Notes: generated from the letters alone by a model not told the origin. A stretch of DNA of 64,000 nt from Candidatus Poribacteria bacterium (GCA_022394755.1 JAGFCA010000005.1:94313-158312), one strand, 5' to 3'. Numbered from the stretch's first letter, positions 50,222-62,190 are shown. Numbers and translations are program-made.

Positions 50222-51304
50222 ATGCGAATATTTATATGTATAATTCTTTTGTTCTTATTAATCTCCCCCTTGGCAAATGCTAAAATAGTTTTCGCAGCAC
50301 GAGTCGAAGAAGGTATTAAAGGTATATTCGTGATGGAGGATGATGGTACAGGTGTCACTGAACTACTCACCGACACACGTTATCCCACTACACCCCGATG
50401 GTCTCCCGATGGGAAGCAGATTGTGTTCTCAAGATGGGCAAGTCCTGAAAATCAACAACAAGATCTGGTTGTTTTAATGAACACGGACGGTACAAATCAA
50501 CGGATTATAACAGAACCAAGAACTAAAAGCAGACACCCCGTATTTTCACCAAATGGTAAGTTTATTCTACTAAATAGAGTCGGTAGAATAAAAAACATGG
50601 TGAAATACTATGCTTATATAATTGAACTGGAGACCGGAATAGAAAAAAGACTGACAGATTTCGGTGTAAGTTTTCCAGATTGGTCTCCGGACGGTAGACA
50701 GATAGTTTATTCTACAATCCCAATCTTAGGAAGAACTATGAAAAGTCTTTGGATTATGCATAGTGACGGTGGAGGGGAACGTCCACTGCTCCCACCATTA
50801 CCACCAGGGGATACATTGATAGACAAGGCTTATCCCAAGTGGTCACCAGATGGACAGCAGATACTATATTATGAGTTAGAATCAAAGTTCAATCCAAAAG
50901 ACGGTTTTATTCCTCACGAACATCGTTATTTTATTTATGATCTAACCACAAAACAGAATCAGCGGCTACGGATACCAAAGACATACAGATGTTCATCTAT
51001 TGATTGGATGGATAATGGAAAATCTATTGCCTTCAGTGCTGTCGAAATAAAGTTGAAGCATCCAGTAGGTACAGTATGGCATGATTATCATATATATAAA
51101 TACAACATAGCCACTGGCACCATCACCCGCTTGACTGACCAAACTTGGGAAAATATTTCACTGGATTGGATTGATGACGACCTGTTGCCTGTATCCCCAA
51201 AAGAAAAAAAACAATCACAATGGGGAAAATTAAAATCTTCCTTACTCACATATCGTAAAACATTTATGTTAATATCTGACAGTCTGTCATATTTTGTTAA
51301 ATAA
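50222..51304 (+). CDS. Secreted TolB/PD40-like beta-propeller protein (paralog of 493-1527)
   Basis: Signal peptide plus repeated WSPDG PD40 motifs. The N- and C-termini are collinear with the first gene in the window (…KIVFA.R...GI.G..VM.DDG… and …TRLT……DWIDDDLLPVSPKEKK..WGKLK). RBS AAGGAG. Confidence 0.6.
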   Translation: MRIFICIILLFLLISPLANAKIVFAARVEEGIKGIFVMEDDGTGVTELLTDTRYPTTPRWSPDGKQIVFSRWASPENQQQDLVVLMNTDGTNQRIITEPRTKSRHPVFSPNGKFILLNRVGRIKNMVKYYAYIIELETGIEKRLTDFGVSFPDWSPDGRQIVYSTIPILGRTMKSLWIMHSDGGGERPLLPPLPPGDTLIDKAYPKWSPDGQQILYYELESKFNPKDGFIPHEHRYFIYDLTTKQNQRLRIPKTYRCSSIDWMDNGKSIAFSAVEIKLKHPVGTVWHDYHIYKYNIATGTITRLTDQTWENISLDWIDDDLLPVSPKEKKQSQWGKLKSSLLTYRKTFMLISDSLSYFVK

Positions 51305-51377
51305 AAAGGGACGGGGAATGTTCTACCGTCCTGAGAAATAACAATTCTTCTCTTAAATTGACGCTATGAATCAACGG

Positions 51378-51430
51378 TATGAATGCCTTAGGGCATTCCC
51401 CGGGTATGAATGCCTTAGAACATTCCCCAA
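51378..51430. repeat. Two tandem copies of a 26-bp unit, each containing the palindrome GAATGCC-TTAG-GGCATTC (second copy imperfect)
   Basis: ggtatgaatgccttagggcattcccc then ggtatgaatgccttagaacattcccc. Lies between convergent gene ends. Confidence 0.6.
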
Positions 51431-51558
51431 GAAACAGCACCTACCGGTATGGAGAATTAGAATTACCGATATTTTCTTAACCCTCATTAGACATTCATAC
51501 CGTAACTTCTTGAATCCTTTCTCAGTATATCCACAAAAAGCATTACAGATTAACGACT

Positions 51559-52605
51559 CTATCCAGCCAATTCAGACAACTTAACTGTCTTCCCACCTGC
51601 TTCAGCAGATTGGTCAGCAGCAAACACAACACGGTGCGTTTCAAAGGCTGTATCAAAATCGGTCAAAGGCATCGGTTCATTTTTGGCTATACTATCAATA
51701 AATGCTTGGAACTGTGGTTCATACGGATGATCACTCACATCACCAGAATCTATGAGTGATGTTTCAAGATTACTCCATTTACTTTTATCCATACCTTTCA
51801 GCTTCGCAGAATAGATCTTATTATCAAGTAAACTTCCTTCACTGCCAACAAGATGAATATGGAAATAATAGGGTTGTAAACAATCTACACACGAAGTCAC
51901 CTTACCAATCTTGTGACCACCTTCAAACTTAAGTAGACTCACACTGGTTGTCTTATATTCATACGGTTGAAATACCTCTCCGGCAGATTGTGTATGATAA
52001 CTTGTTACCTCTTCAACACTTCCATCCATAAAAAACAGAAGTGCATCAAGTGCATGACATCCTGCAGTTAATAGAGTGCTCCCACCAAAATCCTTCTTAA
52101 TATTCCATTCATACTGACCATACCAAGGACCAATCCCATGGTAGTAATCTACTTCCGCATAGTGTAATTCTCCCAACAATCCATTATCAATTACTGAACG
52201 AATCATCGTGAAATGGGCACTGTAGCGACATTCAAAACAGACGCAAACATGGACACCATTACTCTTAACAGCATCCCGTATTGCTTTAGCTTCGTCGTAT
52301 GTCAAACAGATCGGTTTTTCAATGATGAGATGTTTTCCTGCTTCAGCAGCAGCAATCGCCTGTTCCGCATGAAACGGGTGAGGTGTACAGATATCAATAA
52401 TATGTACATCAGGATCAGCAAGCATCTTATCATAATCTGTATATGCTTTTAAGGGTGTCCCGTAAGTCTCCTCCAATACAGATTCATCATGTTCACGGCG
52501 AGAACAGATGGCAGTAACATCTGACCCAGTAACAGCTTTAAAGGCTTCAATATGTGCTCCAGCAACCCAACCAAGACCAACAATACCAACATTATGGTTT
52601 CCCAT
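51559..52605 (-). CDS. Gfo/Idh/MocA-family NAD(P)-dependent oxidoreductase
   Basis: [22 protein letters not shown]... Rossmann N-terminus, then ...EKPICLT... (the EKP motif). ATG at 52603-52605 with AAGGAGAA RBS. Confidence 0.8.
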   Translation of the reverse strand: MGNHNVGIVGLGWVAGAHIEAFKAVTGSDVTAICSRREHDESVLEETYGTPLKAYTDYDKMLADPDVHIIDICTPHPFHAEQAIAAAEAGKHLIIEKPICLTYDEAKAIRDAVKSNGVHVCVCFECRYSAHFTMIRSVIDNGLLGELHYAEVDYYHGIGPWYGQYEWNIKKDFGGSTLLTAGCHALDALLFFMDGSVEEVTSYHTQSAGEVFQPYEYKTTSVSLLKFEGGHKIGKVTSCVDCLQPYYFHIHLVGSEGSLLDNKIYSAKLKGMDKSKWSNLETSLIDSGDVSDHPYEPQFQAFIDSIAKNEPMPLTDFDTAFETHRVVFAADQSAEAGGKTVKLSELAG

Positions 52606-52827
52606 GTTTTTTCTCCTTATTTCAATATGTTTCTGACATTTTACCATAGATTTTGATTTTATGGATGCATAATGATGAACTATTTAGTGTATACCTGTAA
52701 TAGTAGCTTTGGTGAATTATATGCGAAAAATTTCAATCACAGGATTAGCAAAAATCCGGGGAATTTACGGAGTAGACAATAAACATCATCTTAAATACCA
52801 CAATCACTTATCTGATAAAAATATTTT

Positions 52828-52857
52828 TTGACTTAAATGTAGTGGATATGCTATAAT
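52828..52857 (+). promoter_or_regulatory. Candidate sigma70 promoter for guaB (TTGACT, 18 nt, TATAAT)
   Basis: TTGACT at 52828-52833 and TATAAT at 52852-52857. Confidence 0.35.
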
Positions 52858-52927
52858 TTATGGGAATATCAAGGCATAAAGTTATAACTGTTTTGTTAAT
52901 TCTCACCCACCTAATCGGCATTATTAA

Positions 52928-54439
<1,512 letters not shown>

Positions 54440-54511
54440 CCGTACAACTTTTTATTATTATATAAATTTGGTAAGACAAAAACTTAATTTCTAATCAGAA
54501 AGGATACGTTT

Positions 54512-55060
54512 ATGAAGGTTAATGAAGAGATGTCATTTTGGGATAGGCTTTATATTCCTGCCCTGCTTAAGGGTATGTTTACTACCTTGAAGCACATCCC
54601 TAAAAAGAAATTGACTGTACAATATCCCGAAGATCCAAGAAGTGTTAATGAACGAAATGATCGGTATCGTGGGATTCACAAACTAACAAAAACAGAAAAA
54701 GACGAAATCAAGTGTGTTGCATGTTTCTTATGTGCGACGGCATGTCCAGCGGACTGTATTACTATACAAGCAGCGCCTGCCCCTGAGGGATGGACAACGA
54801 AAGAAGGATATCAACGAGAAAAATATCCAGATGTTTTTGAGATCAACATGTTACGGTGTATATTCTGTGGATATTGTGTTGAAGCATGTCCAGAAGATGC
54901 AATTCGGATGACTGGTCTCACATTACCACAATATTTCCGTGAACAGCAAACCGAAAACCAGAAACTCGGTAGCTCACGAAGTGACTTCATCTTTTCACGT
55001 GATATGTTAGTGGCAAATAATAACATAGTTCAAGATGGACTTAGCGTGGACGCCAAGTAA
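54512..55060 (+). CDS. NuoI-like 2x[4Fe-4S] ferredoxin (NADH-quinone oxidoreductase subunit I family)
   Basis: Two CxxCxxCxxxCP motifs (CVACFLCATACP and CIFCGYCVEACP) with the NuoI-type N-terminus ...LTVQYPEDPRSVNERNDRYRGIHKL... No other nuo genes in the window. Confidence 0.65.
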   Translation: MKVNEEMSFWDRLYIPALLKGMFTTLKHIPKKKLTVQYPEDPRSVNERNDRYRGIHKLTKTEKDEIKCVACFLCATACPADCITIQAAPAPEGWTTKEGYQREKYPDVFEINMLRCIFCGYCVEACPEDAIRMTGLTLPQYFREQQTENQKLGSSRSDFIFSRDMLVANNNIVQDGLSVDAK

Positions 55061-55150
55061 GAAACACTAACCCTATAGACCAATCTTCAATAAGGTGCTT
55101 TGTATTACAGACAGTTTCAGCTTTTATGTGAATTTGTCTGTGAGTTTTCT

Positions 55151-55711
55151 ATGATTTCACACCCTCCATTTCCAGATAAACAGTATCAAATACTTTATGC
55201 AGACCCTCCATGGGACTATAAAGGGCAACTTCAACACACCGGTACCGGTGGTAAAGATAGTGGTGGTGCAGTTAAACATTATCCTACCATATCAGTTTCA
55301 GATATGGCAGAATGGAATGTTGCATCTATCTCCTCTACTAATTGCCTACTCTTTATGTGGAGTTCATCACCCCATCTTGACCAAGCAATCGCTTTAGGAA
55401 AAGCATGGGGATTCCGATGGGCAACTGTAGCTTTTGTATGGGATAAATGTAGGGTTAATCCAGGCTTTTATACGATGAGCCAGTGTGAATTATGTCTCGT
55501 TTTCAAGCGCGGTGTAATACCACAACCCAGAGGGATGCGGAATACAAGACAGCTTGTACAAGCAAAACGAACACGACATTCTGAAAAACCAGATGAAGTA
55601 CGTAAACGGATTGAAGAAATGTTTCCAAATCAGAGTAAACTTGAACTATTTGCAAGAAAAAAAGTTGACGGATGGGATGTCTGGGGACTTGAGATCAAAC
55701 AAGATTTTTAA
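55151..55711 (+). CDS. MT-A70 family N6-adenine DNA methyltransferase (orphan)
   Basis: ...YQILYADPPWDYKG... (DPPW catalytic motif) and ...KHYPTISVSDM...LFMW...WGFRWATVAFVWDK...ELCLVFKRG...RHSEKPDEV...LELFARKKVDGWDVWGLE, a typical MT-A70 arrangement. The ATG at 55151 is preferred over the upstream TTG at 55100. Confidence 0.75.
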   Translation: MISHPPFPDKQYQILYADPPWDYKGQLQHTGTGGKDSGGAVKHYPTISVSDMAEWNVASISSTNCLLFMWSSSPHLDQAIALGKAWGFRWATVAFVWDKCRVNPGFYTMSQCELCLVFKRGVIPQPRGMRNTRQLVQAKRTRHSEKPDEVRKRIEEMFPNQSKLELFARKKVDGWDVWGLEIKQDF

Positions 55712-56044
55712 TAGATTATAGGTACAACGGATTCATACATATTTAACTTTTACACTACATATTTTCTTTCATATTTAAATTATATATATATCATAATCTA
55801 TTTAATATACCATACCTCAATGACATTATCTATAAATGGCACATTTTCTTAGAAATAAAAGAAGAAATTATAATCTAAAATCTTAAGAATTGAAAATATA
55901 TGGCAAACGTGTAACTTTAGGAAAATAGCATAATACCTACTTTACATAGGTTCATTATTTCACCATATATTCTTCAGGTCTATGTAAGTAAGAATTACAC
56001 TTCATAGATTTAGACCTGTTTGGAGGACATGCAATAATTGCACA

Positions 56045-58804
56045 ATGCAAGATATATCGCTAAATTTTCAATCTGACTCGTTATTACTGTTAACTGATAA
56101 ACTTAAAGCAAGTGTTGAAGGACGTATGAGTTGGGGAGATACATTTGGAATCGGCCTTGGGGGAAAGAATAAGAAACATTTAATTGTTTGGACACCTAAG
56201 GAAACATCGGAAAGTCAGATTCTTCCGGCTTTCGATTCTGAAGATGGACAACTTACCCTAAAAATGAAACACCGTCCAGGAGCCTGGGTATCTTGGATAG
56301 ACGAAACAAAGATACAGAACAATGCTCTTGATGATTATGACAGGGTTAACAAAAGCATACAAGAATTAGAACGGAATATACGACAAATCAGTGATTTTGC
56401 TGATGGGGTAATTACGGATATCACCGTTCAACATTTAGGAAAATCTCTAACCCTTTCTGATCTTACAGAAGAAGTACTACAATCACGTTTAGTCGTCCCG
56501 AATACTATTAAAACAGGAGCTTATGTACTTACAAGCATGGAGAATGCTGAAAATTCTTCAAGCAAAGTAGTTATTCCTGAACAAACTCATATTAACCGAT
56601 TGCACCTTAACGAAGATATTGTTCTCACCGAAATTGAGAATGGTGCCTACGATACCGTGTTAAGTATCGTTCGTACACACATAAAGAATTATCCTGACCT
56701 AATTGACTTAGGAAGCAGTCTCTCCCTTCAAAATCAATTTAGGAATGATGATGAACCTAATGCAGATCCATCAGTCAGAGTATTACCTACTGCAGCAGTA
56801 TATAATCCACTTGAACCTAAACAACTTCGGTTGGTCTCACTTCAATTCACCGCTACTCAAGATGATATAGAAAATACCATTACTGAGTCAACAAAGAAAA
56901 TTGAAGATTATATGGGAAAGGTGAATCAGCATGCATATAACCTGATGACTGAATTCCATCAAGGTGTGGAAAGCAGGCTCAAAGCTCTGATGTTAAATAA
57001 TGGTCAACGGATTCACAATAAAGTCTGGGATGATCTCGTTATACAAGAACTCAAAAACACAATGTCTGCGTTCACTGAGTACTATAAAGAATATATTGGT
57101 GAGGAATTTGATCAAGACTCTATAGATATTATAACGACGAAACTTACGGAGTGTATTGATCTGATCATTCAATCTTGGCACTTACAGGAGACACAACAAT
57201 ATACACTCAATCATATGATCCAATCCAGTTATACTATAACAAATCAGATCTGTGATTTTGCTGTTGCACTCTACCATGATATGTTATTTGAAAAGGACTT
57301 CATATCAACCGGTTTTGTCAATCCTGTGAATGTTACTGTCCTTCAGGACGATGTAGTACAAGACGAATTATCTCTTCCTGAATGGACCTCTGGAACAATT
57401 CGTGAAAAATTGACAGGGATCGGATTAAGTTCATCAATGCATCCATCCCAAATTGAAAGACTTCGAAAGGTATGGTTGGCTCTTCTTGAAATTGCAAACC
57501 ATGCTAACCAACATAGTTGCGAATTTGAAGGGATAATTGAACCAATACAAACCGTAATACTGGCTACAAAATCCTCACCTAATGGACGAAGTACAAGAAC
57601 TGGAAAGCAGAAACAACAGACTTTCCCCGGTTTTGATGTTGATGAGTCAGATCTAAACGAGATTCTTACAGAAATTGAAAGTAATTTTACAATTATTAAG
57701 CAATGGATTGAACACGCACCTTCAGAATCTAAATCTCTCAACTCTTATTTCACTACAATGTGGGCACTAATTCTAAATGGAAAATACAGAGAAAGACTGT
57801 TAGGGGAACTAAAACCTACATGTGAGATTAACCTTAGTGTACCCGACCAAACAAAGAGATTAATTAATCTTACTTTGGGAAGTCAACTTGTCATTGAAAA
57901 CGAAAAAGATCGTAAGACCTTAGAACGAAATTTAAATCGCGCACTTGCTGCTAAAACAGGATATAATTTACGAGATATTACAAATCAAGAAAAACTTGCT
58001 ATACATGGGGACATGACTCTCGCTCTCCTACGGGAAGAATTAGAAAGATACGATGAATCTCTCACTAAGAAAGTTAGTCGCTCGGTAACACCAAGCCGGA
58101 AAAGCAAAAAAAGAAACTCCAATAATGGGAAAAACAACGATAATCTAACTCCTGAAAATATTAAGGCAGAACAGATGAAAGTTCAGGAAATGATAGAATT
58201 CTTGAAACCTTATGGCGAAGCTAAATCCATCAGAATACTTGCTAAAGTTGGACTTAATAGAAATACATCAGAACTTGAACAGATACGTAAGAAGCAAGTA
58301 CTTAGTTTCGACCTAAATGAACTCCCTTCAATCAGTGAAACTTGGCTCACTGATATCAAGACTTCAGAGGATTATCCAAATTTGCGAGTTTTCTTACTAC
58401 AAAATGAACTACCGATTTCTACGACAGGACGCATCTTGATGGAGTTAAAAAACAATCTGCCTGAATCACTATTTAACCAAGTCTTAGGGTTAATTCAGGA
58501 GGTTAAAGAACTTCAAAAGAGCAGTTATGAGGGTGAACCGTTAGACAGATTTATTTCATATATATCGGAAAAAGTCTGGAGATGGGAACTCACACAGATT
58601 ACAACACAAGAACTTCCTGTTGTTGTGAAAGAAAAAGTCCTAACCTCAGCAATTTGTTATGAGAAAGAGGTAGAAAATCTAATGGAATATGTCGAGCGAT
58701 ATGATGAATTATTAGAAACTAAACTAAAAGCCGATTCAGAAATGGATGTACAACGTGAAAAACTTGAAACAAGGTTTCAAGAAATCGTTGAATCACTTCT
58801 ATAG
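56045..58804 (+). CDS. Large (919 aa) protein of unknown function
   Basis: Long uninterrupted ORF preceded by about 330 bp of very AT-rich non-coding DNA. No recognisable catalytic motif. Ends 12 nt before the next gene. Confidence 0.5.
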   Translation: MQDISLNFQSDSLLLLTDKLKASVEGRMSWGDTFGIGLGGKNKKHLIVWTPKETSESQILPAFDSEDGQLTLKMKHRPGAWVSWIDETKIQNNALDDYDRVNKSIQELERNIRQISDFADGVITDITVQHLGKSLTLSDLTEEVLQSRLVVPNTIKTGAYVLTSMENAENSSSKVVIPEQTHINRLHLNEDIVLTEIENGAYDTVLSIVRTHIKNYPDLIDLGSSLSLQNQFRNDDEPNADPSVRVLPTAAVYNPLEPKQLRLVSLQFTATQDDIENTITESTKKIEDYMGKVNQHAYNLMTEFHQGVESRLKALMLNNGQRIHNKVWDDLVIQELKNTMSAFTEYYKEYIGEEFDQDSIDIITTKLTECIDLIIQSWHLQETQQYTLNHMIQSSYTITNQICDFAVALYHDMLFEKDFISTGFVNPVNVTVLQDDVVQDELSLPEWTSGTIREKLTGIGLSSSMHPSQIERLRKVWLALLEIANHANQHSCEFEGIIEPIQTVILATKSSPNGRSTRTGKQKQQTFPGFDVDESDLNEILTEIESNFTIIKQWIEHAPSESKSLNSYFTTMWALILNGKYRERLLGELKPTCEINLSVPDQTKRLINLTLGSQLVIENEKDRKTLERNLNRALAAKTGYNLRDITNQEKLAIHGDMTLALLREELERYDESLTKKVSRSVTPSRKSKKRNSNNGKNNDNLTPENIKAEQMKVQEMIEFLKPYGEAKSIRILAKVGLNRNTSELEQIRKKQVLSFDLNELPSISETWLTDIKTSEDYPNLRVFLLQNELPISTTGRILMELKNNLPESLFNQVLGLIQEVKELQKSSYEGEPLDRFISYISEKVWRWELTQITTQELPVVVKEKVLTSAICYEKEVENLMEYVERYDELLETKLKADSEMDVQREKLETRFQEIVESLL

Positions 58805-58815
58805 GGAAAAGATCT

Positions 58816-59721
58816 ATGAAAATAGCAATTATAGGTTCCAGACAAATAGCGCAAACGGTTGCATGGGGTATTTCTCATACTGAATTAGCTCAAAAGATCG
58901 TCATTTACTCTGATAGCCAATTTGAAGGAAAACGTATTAATAGGAATTACAGAACGACTGACATAAGGGATATAATACTTGCTGGTGCAACAAGTAATAG
59001 CGATACAGATATAACTATTACAGATTCACCAGATAAATTATCAAAATCGGACATAGTTTTACTTCTTCCTGCTGAACAACCAGTGGGGTATCGTTCAAAT
59101 CAAGGGTTGAAAAAGTTGAATTTATCTATAATTCAACATGTAATCCCCACTATTCATGAATATATCTCCAATTCAAAGATATTGGTCGGCATGCAAAATG
59201 CAAACTATATTTCAGCATGGATACACCATTCTATAGGATCTAATAATGTCATCGGTATTTCAAATGGAATTGCAACTGCACAACTAAAAGCTACAATTGC
59301 CAATAAACTCAGATTATCTGTGAAAGACATATCTGCCTTAGCTATAGGAAATGATTCTATTACATATCCATTACCACAATATTGTAGAGTAAACGGTATA
59401 CCGCTTTCGCAACTGTTAGATGAAACAAGAGTTAAAGACATCTCCAATTCTCTATCAGATTTTAATGACAACCAATTGGATAGTATATACACATTAACAA
59501 GCCATATCCTTGAAATTGTGTCCGCAATTGCATTAGATAAAAAACGGGTCATGAGTGTTGGGACATTAATATCGACGGATTCTACATCTGTATTCATAAA
59601 TGTACCATCTAAGATCGGTGGTGATGGCATAGAAGGCATAATCCCATTAGAACTCACTGACACCCAACGGGAGCAATTCACACAACTCGTTGCACAAAGT
59701 GCTACGGATCAATCCTTTTAA
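58816..59721 (+). CDS. LDH/MDH-fold protein with degenerate catalytic and NAD-binding residues (putative pseudo-dehydrogenase)
   Basis: Collinear with L-lactate/malate dehydrogenases: MKIAIIGS... N-terminus, ...SDIVLLLPAEQPVGYRSNQGLKKLNLSIIQHVIPTIHEY...NSKILVGMQNANYISAWIHHSIGSNNVIGISNGIATAQLKATIANKLRLSVKDISALAIGNDSITYP... The GxGxxG motif, the NPVD substrate loop, D168/R171 (DSARFR) and catalytic His (GEHGDS) are all replaced. Confidence 0.55.
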   Translation: MKIAIIGSRQIAQTVAWGISHTELAQKIVIYSDSQFEGKRINRNYRTTDIRDIILAGATSNSDTDITITDSPDKLSKSDIVLLLPAEQPVGYRSNQGLKKLNLSIIQHVIPTIHEYISNSKILVGMQNANYISAWIHHSIGSNNVIGISNGIATAQLKATIANKLRLSVKDISALAIGNDSITYPLPQYCRVNGIPLSQLLDETRVKDISNSLSDFNDNQLDSIYTLTSHILEIVSAIALDKKRVMSVGTLISTDSTSVFINVPSKIGGDGIEGIIPLELTDTQREQFTQLVAQSATDQSF

Positions 59722-59812
59722 TCGTTTTTATTCTTACAGAAATCTATCCACATTCTACAGAAGTTATCGGCTTACATGATTCTCAGTTCTCCTTAACAAT
59801 GGAGTTGCATTC

Positions 59813-60928
59813 GTGAGAGAAATCTATAAAAAAATCCCACAATTAATTGAATCCGATCAATACGGAGCATATTGTACTGTAGTTGAAACAAAGGGTTCAA
59901 CCCCGCAGAAACCCGGTTCGAAATTATTAATTCTTCCAAATTTAAAGAATATCGGCACCCTCGGTGGTGGTTGTGTTGAAGCGGAAGCAAGACGTCAAGC
60001 AATCGGATTAATGCAGGAAGGTGAACCGAGACTCCTTGAATTTCAGTTAGATAGTGATTATGGGTGGGATGATGGTCTCATTTGTGGTGGGAACATGAAG
60101 ATTTTCATTGATATACCGAAATCTACTAATGAAGCAGAAATATATTTACAACTGCAGCAACTCAACTACGCTAAAGTTCCACTTGTCTGTGCAACTGTTG
60201 TTGAAAGTGATCAACAGAATGTTCAAGTCGGTATGAAAAGGGTTTATGCTACCAATGGAGATCGTATCGGAACATTAGGAAATACTACTTTAGAAGAAGA
60301 TATTGAGAAGAAGATCTCTGAAGTTCTTGAACAAAATCAGGCAGAATTAATCCAAACAGAAGATAAGATGTCTGTTTTTCTGGAACCACTTCAACCAAGA
60401 CCCACATTACTTATTGCTGGGGCTGGACATGTGGGTCAAGCTCTCTGTCGTCTTGGAACCTGGTTAGATTTCGATGTTACGATTGTTGATGATCGGGCTG
60501 ATTTCGCATCAACTGAACGGTTACCTGAAGCTGACGAAATTATCATCGGTGACATTGCTGAAGAATTAGGGAAATACCCAAAAAATCATCTTACCTATGT
60601 CGTTATAGTGACACGCGGACACCAACACGACGAATCTGCACTTCATAGTGTTGTTGAATCTGATGCACGCTACATCGGATTGATTGGAAGTAGAAGAAAG
60701 ATAAAACTCATTTTTGATGATCTACAGGATGAAGGCGTTCCAATTGAAAAACTAAAAAGAGTTTATGCACCTATCGGACTACATATCAACTCCAAAACTG
60801 TTCCGGAAATTGCTGTTAGTATAGCATCACAATTAATTCAGATTCGAAATGGAGACGGTAAAGGACAGTCCTTCGATGAAAAACCGTCCAATATGCCTAC
60901 AATAAGATTCTTGGAGAAATCAGAATGA
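59813..60928 (+). CDS. XdhC/CoxI-family molybdoenzyme maturation protein
   Basis: N-terminal XdhC_CoxI domain (…GAYCTVVETKGSTPQKPGSKLLI…GTLGGGCVEAE…) and C-terminal Rossmann domain (…LLIAGAGHVGQAL…). 371 aa. Confidence 0.7.
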   Translation: MREIYKKIPQLIESDQYGAYCTVVETKGSTPQKPGSKLLILPNLKNIGTLGGGCVEAEARRQAIGLMQEGEPRLLEFQLDSDYGWDDGLICGGNMKIFIDIPKSTNEAEIYLQLQQLNYAKVPLVCATVVESDQQNVQVGMKRVYATNGDRIGTLGNTTLEEDIEKKISEVLEQNQAELIQTEDKMSVFLEPLQPRPTLLIAGAGHVGQALCRLGTWLDFDVTIVDDRADFASTERLPEADEIIIGDIAEELGKYPKNHLTYVVIVTRGHQHDESALHSVVESDARYIGLIGSRRKIKLIFDDLQDEGVPIEKLKRVYAPIGLHINSKTVPEIAVSIASQLIQIRNGDGKGQSFDEKPSNMPTIRFLEKSE

Positions 60929-61266
60929 ACCAAATAAAATTACAAGAGAATAAGTCTTACTCTTTAGCAGAAGTTGTTGAACTTGTTCAAACAACCCTTG
61001 ATGCTGTGAAGGATAAGTCTGATAACTCTGAATTACAATATACAACTACCGATGTATACTGGGTAATACATGACATGTTGAGGTATATTAATCGAAATGT
61101 ACAGGGTGAATTTTCATTACGTCGTAAAGAAAAAGGAACTTATAGGGTTGCATATACAACTGAAGAATCTGGCCAACAAAAGGCAAAAAACAAACTAAAT
61201 TCTGAAGTAAAACAGACAGCAGATTACTTAGAAAACTTAACTGGACGACGACCCCCGTGGGGCTAA
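60925..61266 (+). CDS. Hypothetical protein (113 aa)
   Basis: The ORF overlaps the upstream stop as ATGA. No recognisable motifs. Confidence 0.35.
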   Translation: MNQIKLQENKSYSLAEVVELVQTTLDAVKDKSDNSELQYTTTDVYWVIHDMLRYINRNVQGEFSLRRKEKGTYRVAYTTEESGQQKAKNKLNSEVKQTADYLENLTGRRPPWG

Positions 61267-61293
61267 ACCTCTAATGTTCAGGGAGAAAAACCT

Positions 61294-62190
61294 GTGAATC
61301 AAGAATCAAACTATAACGTTGAAGACATTGAACTATCTGTAGATTCATTAGACGTAGAAAAAGCAGCAGACATTTTTGAAGAACATGGATGTCTTGTTGT
61401 ACGCGGGTTAATGAAACCTTACATTGAAAAAATAAATCAGGATATGGAGGCGGCAGCATCTGAATCCTTAGCACTGATTGACGAAGCAGAGAAGATTGTT
61501 GAGGGATGGCGAACACCAAATGGAACACTTTTCATTCCTGCACCCGATGGATATGATAGAGATAAACAGATTATGGTGTTGGCAATGAATTATCAGACAA
61601 GTGGAGCGTTCTTTCAATCTGCTTTTGATGAAAATGCAATAAGGATTGTTGAAGCAATTTTAGGTCCAAATGTAGAGATATTCGGCAACGGTCAGTGTCT
61701 ATATAAGGAACCTGTTGGTGGACATCCCAAACACCTACATCAGGATTCAGCATATTTTGAACATCGTTACCAAGGACCTGTCGGCATACTAAACTATGTT
61801 GTGGATACCGATCTTGTTAACGGTGCTTTACATGTTGTACCTGGATCACATAAACTCGGACAACTGAAACATGTCGATACCTTCTCGCATCTCGGTTTAG
61901 AAGAGGATGAATGGCCATGGGAGCGTTCGCTTCCTGTTATTGGCAAGGCAGGAGATTCGATATTCTTTAATGTAAAGACAATACACGGCTCAAAACAGAA
62001 TATGTCTGACAAACCACGACCTGTCTTCATCAATCGTTATCGTCGTACAGATGACTTTGTAATCATCGGTGGAACAACAGCACAAAATCGGGCTGAAGCG
62101 GAAAAACGTGCTGCAGCTGCAGAGGAAGCAAAAAAAGCCAATTCCGATCGCGGTTTGATGGTTCGAGGGTTCCGTCCATTTTCTGCTTAG
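61294..62190 (+). CDS. Phytanoyl-CoA dioxygenase (PhyH) family Fe(II)/2OG oxygenase (second copy in the window)
   Basis: ...HLHQDSAYF... and ...HVVPGSHKLG... and ...IHGSKQN... facial-triad pattern. 298 aa. Confidence 0.65.
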   Translation: MNQESNYNVEDIELSVDSLDVEKAADIFEEHGCLVVRGLMKPYIEKINQDMEAAASESLALIDEAEKIVEGWRTPNGTLFIPAPDGYDRDKQIMVLAMNYQTSGAFFQSAFDENAIRIVEAILGPNVEIFGNGQCLYKEPVGGHPKHLHQDSAYFEHRYQGPVGILNYVVDTDLVNGALHVVPGSHKLGQLKHVDTFSHLGLEEDEWPWERSLPVIGKAGDSIFFNVKTIHGSKQNMSDKPRPVFINRYRRTDDFVIIGGTTAQNRAEAEKRAAAAEEAKKANSDRGLMVRGFRPFSA

